64,000 nt of DNA from contig NC_087245.1 of the NCBI RefSeq assembly GCF_037042905.1, positions 2,854,001-2,918,000 of the forward strand, in the 5' to 3' direction. Of this stretch, positions 63,377 to 64,000 are shown in pieces (position 1 is the first letter of the stretch; every line of letters starts with the position of its first letter). The translations under genes and the position numbers were made by a program. The notes beneath the pieces were generated by a model. It had not been told where the DNA came from and searched no databases. It saw only the letters and a list, made by a program, of their open reading frames with translations. This DNA comes from Lytechinus pictus (Eukaryota).

Positions 63377-63866
63377 TTAAGGGGAACTTCACCCTGATGA
63401 AAACTTTGTTTTAAAAATAGCAGGAAAAAAAATATATTGGTGAAGGTTTTGAGGGAAATCCATTAAATGAAGAAGGTTATTATCATTTCAAGTTTTTGAT
63501 TTGTGATGTCATAAATGAACAGCTACCCTATATGTTATGTAATATAAAATGAATAAATTTCATTTTTAATGGTATTTGATGACTTATTTTTTATTTTCTT
63601 TTTAGGAGCTAGTGTGAAATCATTTATTGATATAATGAAGGTACAACAAAAGCCATTTTCAATTTTCTGATAAAATGACATTTCATTTACATTTTTTACC
63701 ATAGATGTAGGAAAACTGCTCGCATGACGTCACAAATCAAATAATTAAAATTTTGATAGCTTTGTTATTCTTTGGTGGATTTTCGTCAAACCTTCGCCAA
63801 TGTATTATTTTTTCTGCTATATTTACTGTAGGCCTATACTTTTTGTCAGGGTGAACTTCCCCTTTC
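63377..63866. mobile_element. Kolobok-like MITE (family of 19313-19787)
   Basis: TTAAGGGGAACTTCACCCTGA...TCAGGGTGAACTTCCCCTTT. Confidence 0.82.
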
Positions 63867-64000
63867 AGGTACATGTAGATACAAATTTTAATCAAGTTAA
63901 TATAACACATCTTTCTCAGGGAACTTTATTAAGTTATATAAAGTAGATTTGAAATAAAATCAAACAAACCAACAATAAAAAAAGCGGGAGAGGGAGAGAT

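Noticed and set aside
1..64000. A novel multi-gene or prokaryote-type system
   Set aside because: There are no intact long ORFs other than a LINE RT segment, no operon structure, and almost all patterning is explained by transposable elements.

Overview
This is AT-rich eukaryotic genomic DNA. It is most likely a sea urchin or related marine deuterostome, inferred from the repeat repertoire and the many G/C homopolymer runs. There is no intact protein-coding gene, RNA gene, CRISPR array or prokaryotic system. The first ~39.8 kb is a dense pile of nested transposable elements: two 5'-truncated L2/CR1-group LINEs, tRNA-derived SINEs, a Helentron-like element, many non-autonomous TIR elements (with TTAA, TA, AT, CWG, 3-bp or 8-bp target duplications) and several foldback structures. 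It also holds a possibly decayed multi-exon minus-strand gene remnant at 8.7-10.3 kb. The last ~24 kb looks like the promoter, first coding exon (MDGRKKERRRYSSYESRSFNTQ, 41913-41978) and long intron of a plus-strand host gene, with scattered MITEs and a decayed PIF/Harbinger transposase. The most unusual features are: a 5.4 kb foldback whose arms mirror three stacked elements plus unique spacer DNA; a 4.9 kb TAG...CTA element with a 3-bp TSD (Academ-like) inserted in a 15-bp repeat array; and a ~960 bp palindrome made of two MITE copies with complementary deletions. I found no convincing new biological system, and superfamily names rest on termini and TSD patterns, not database searches.
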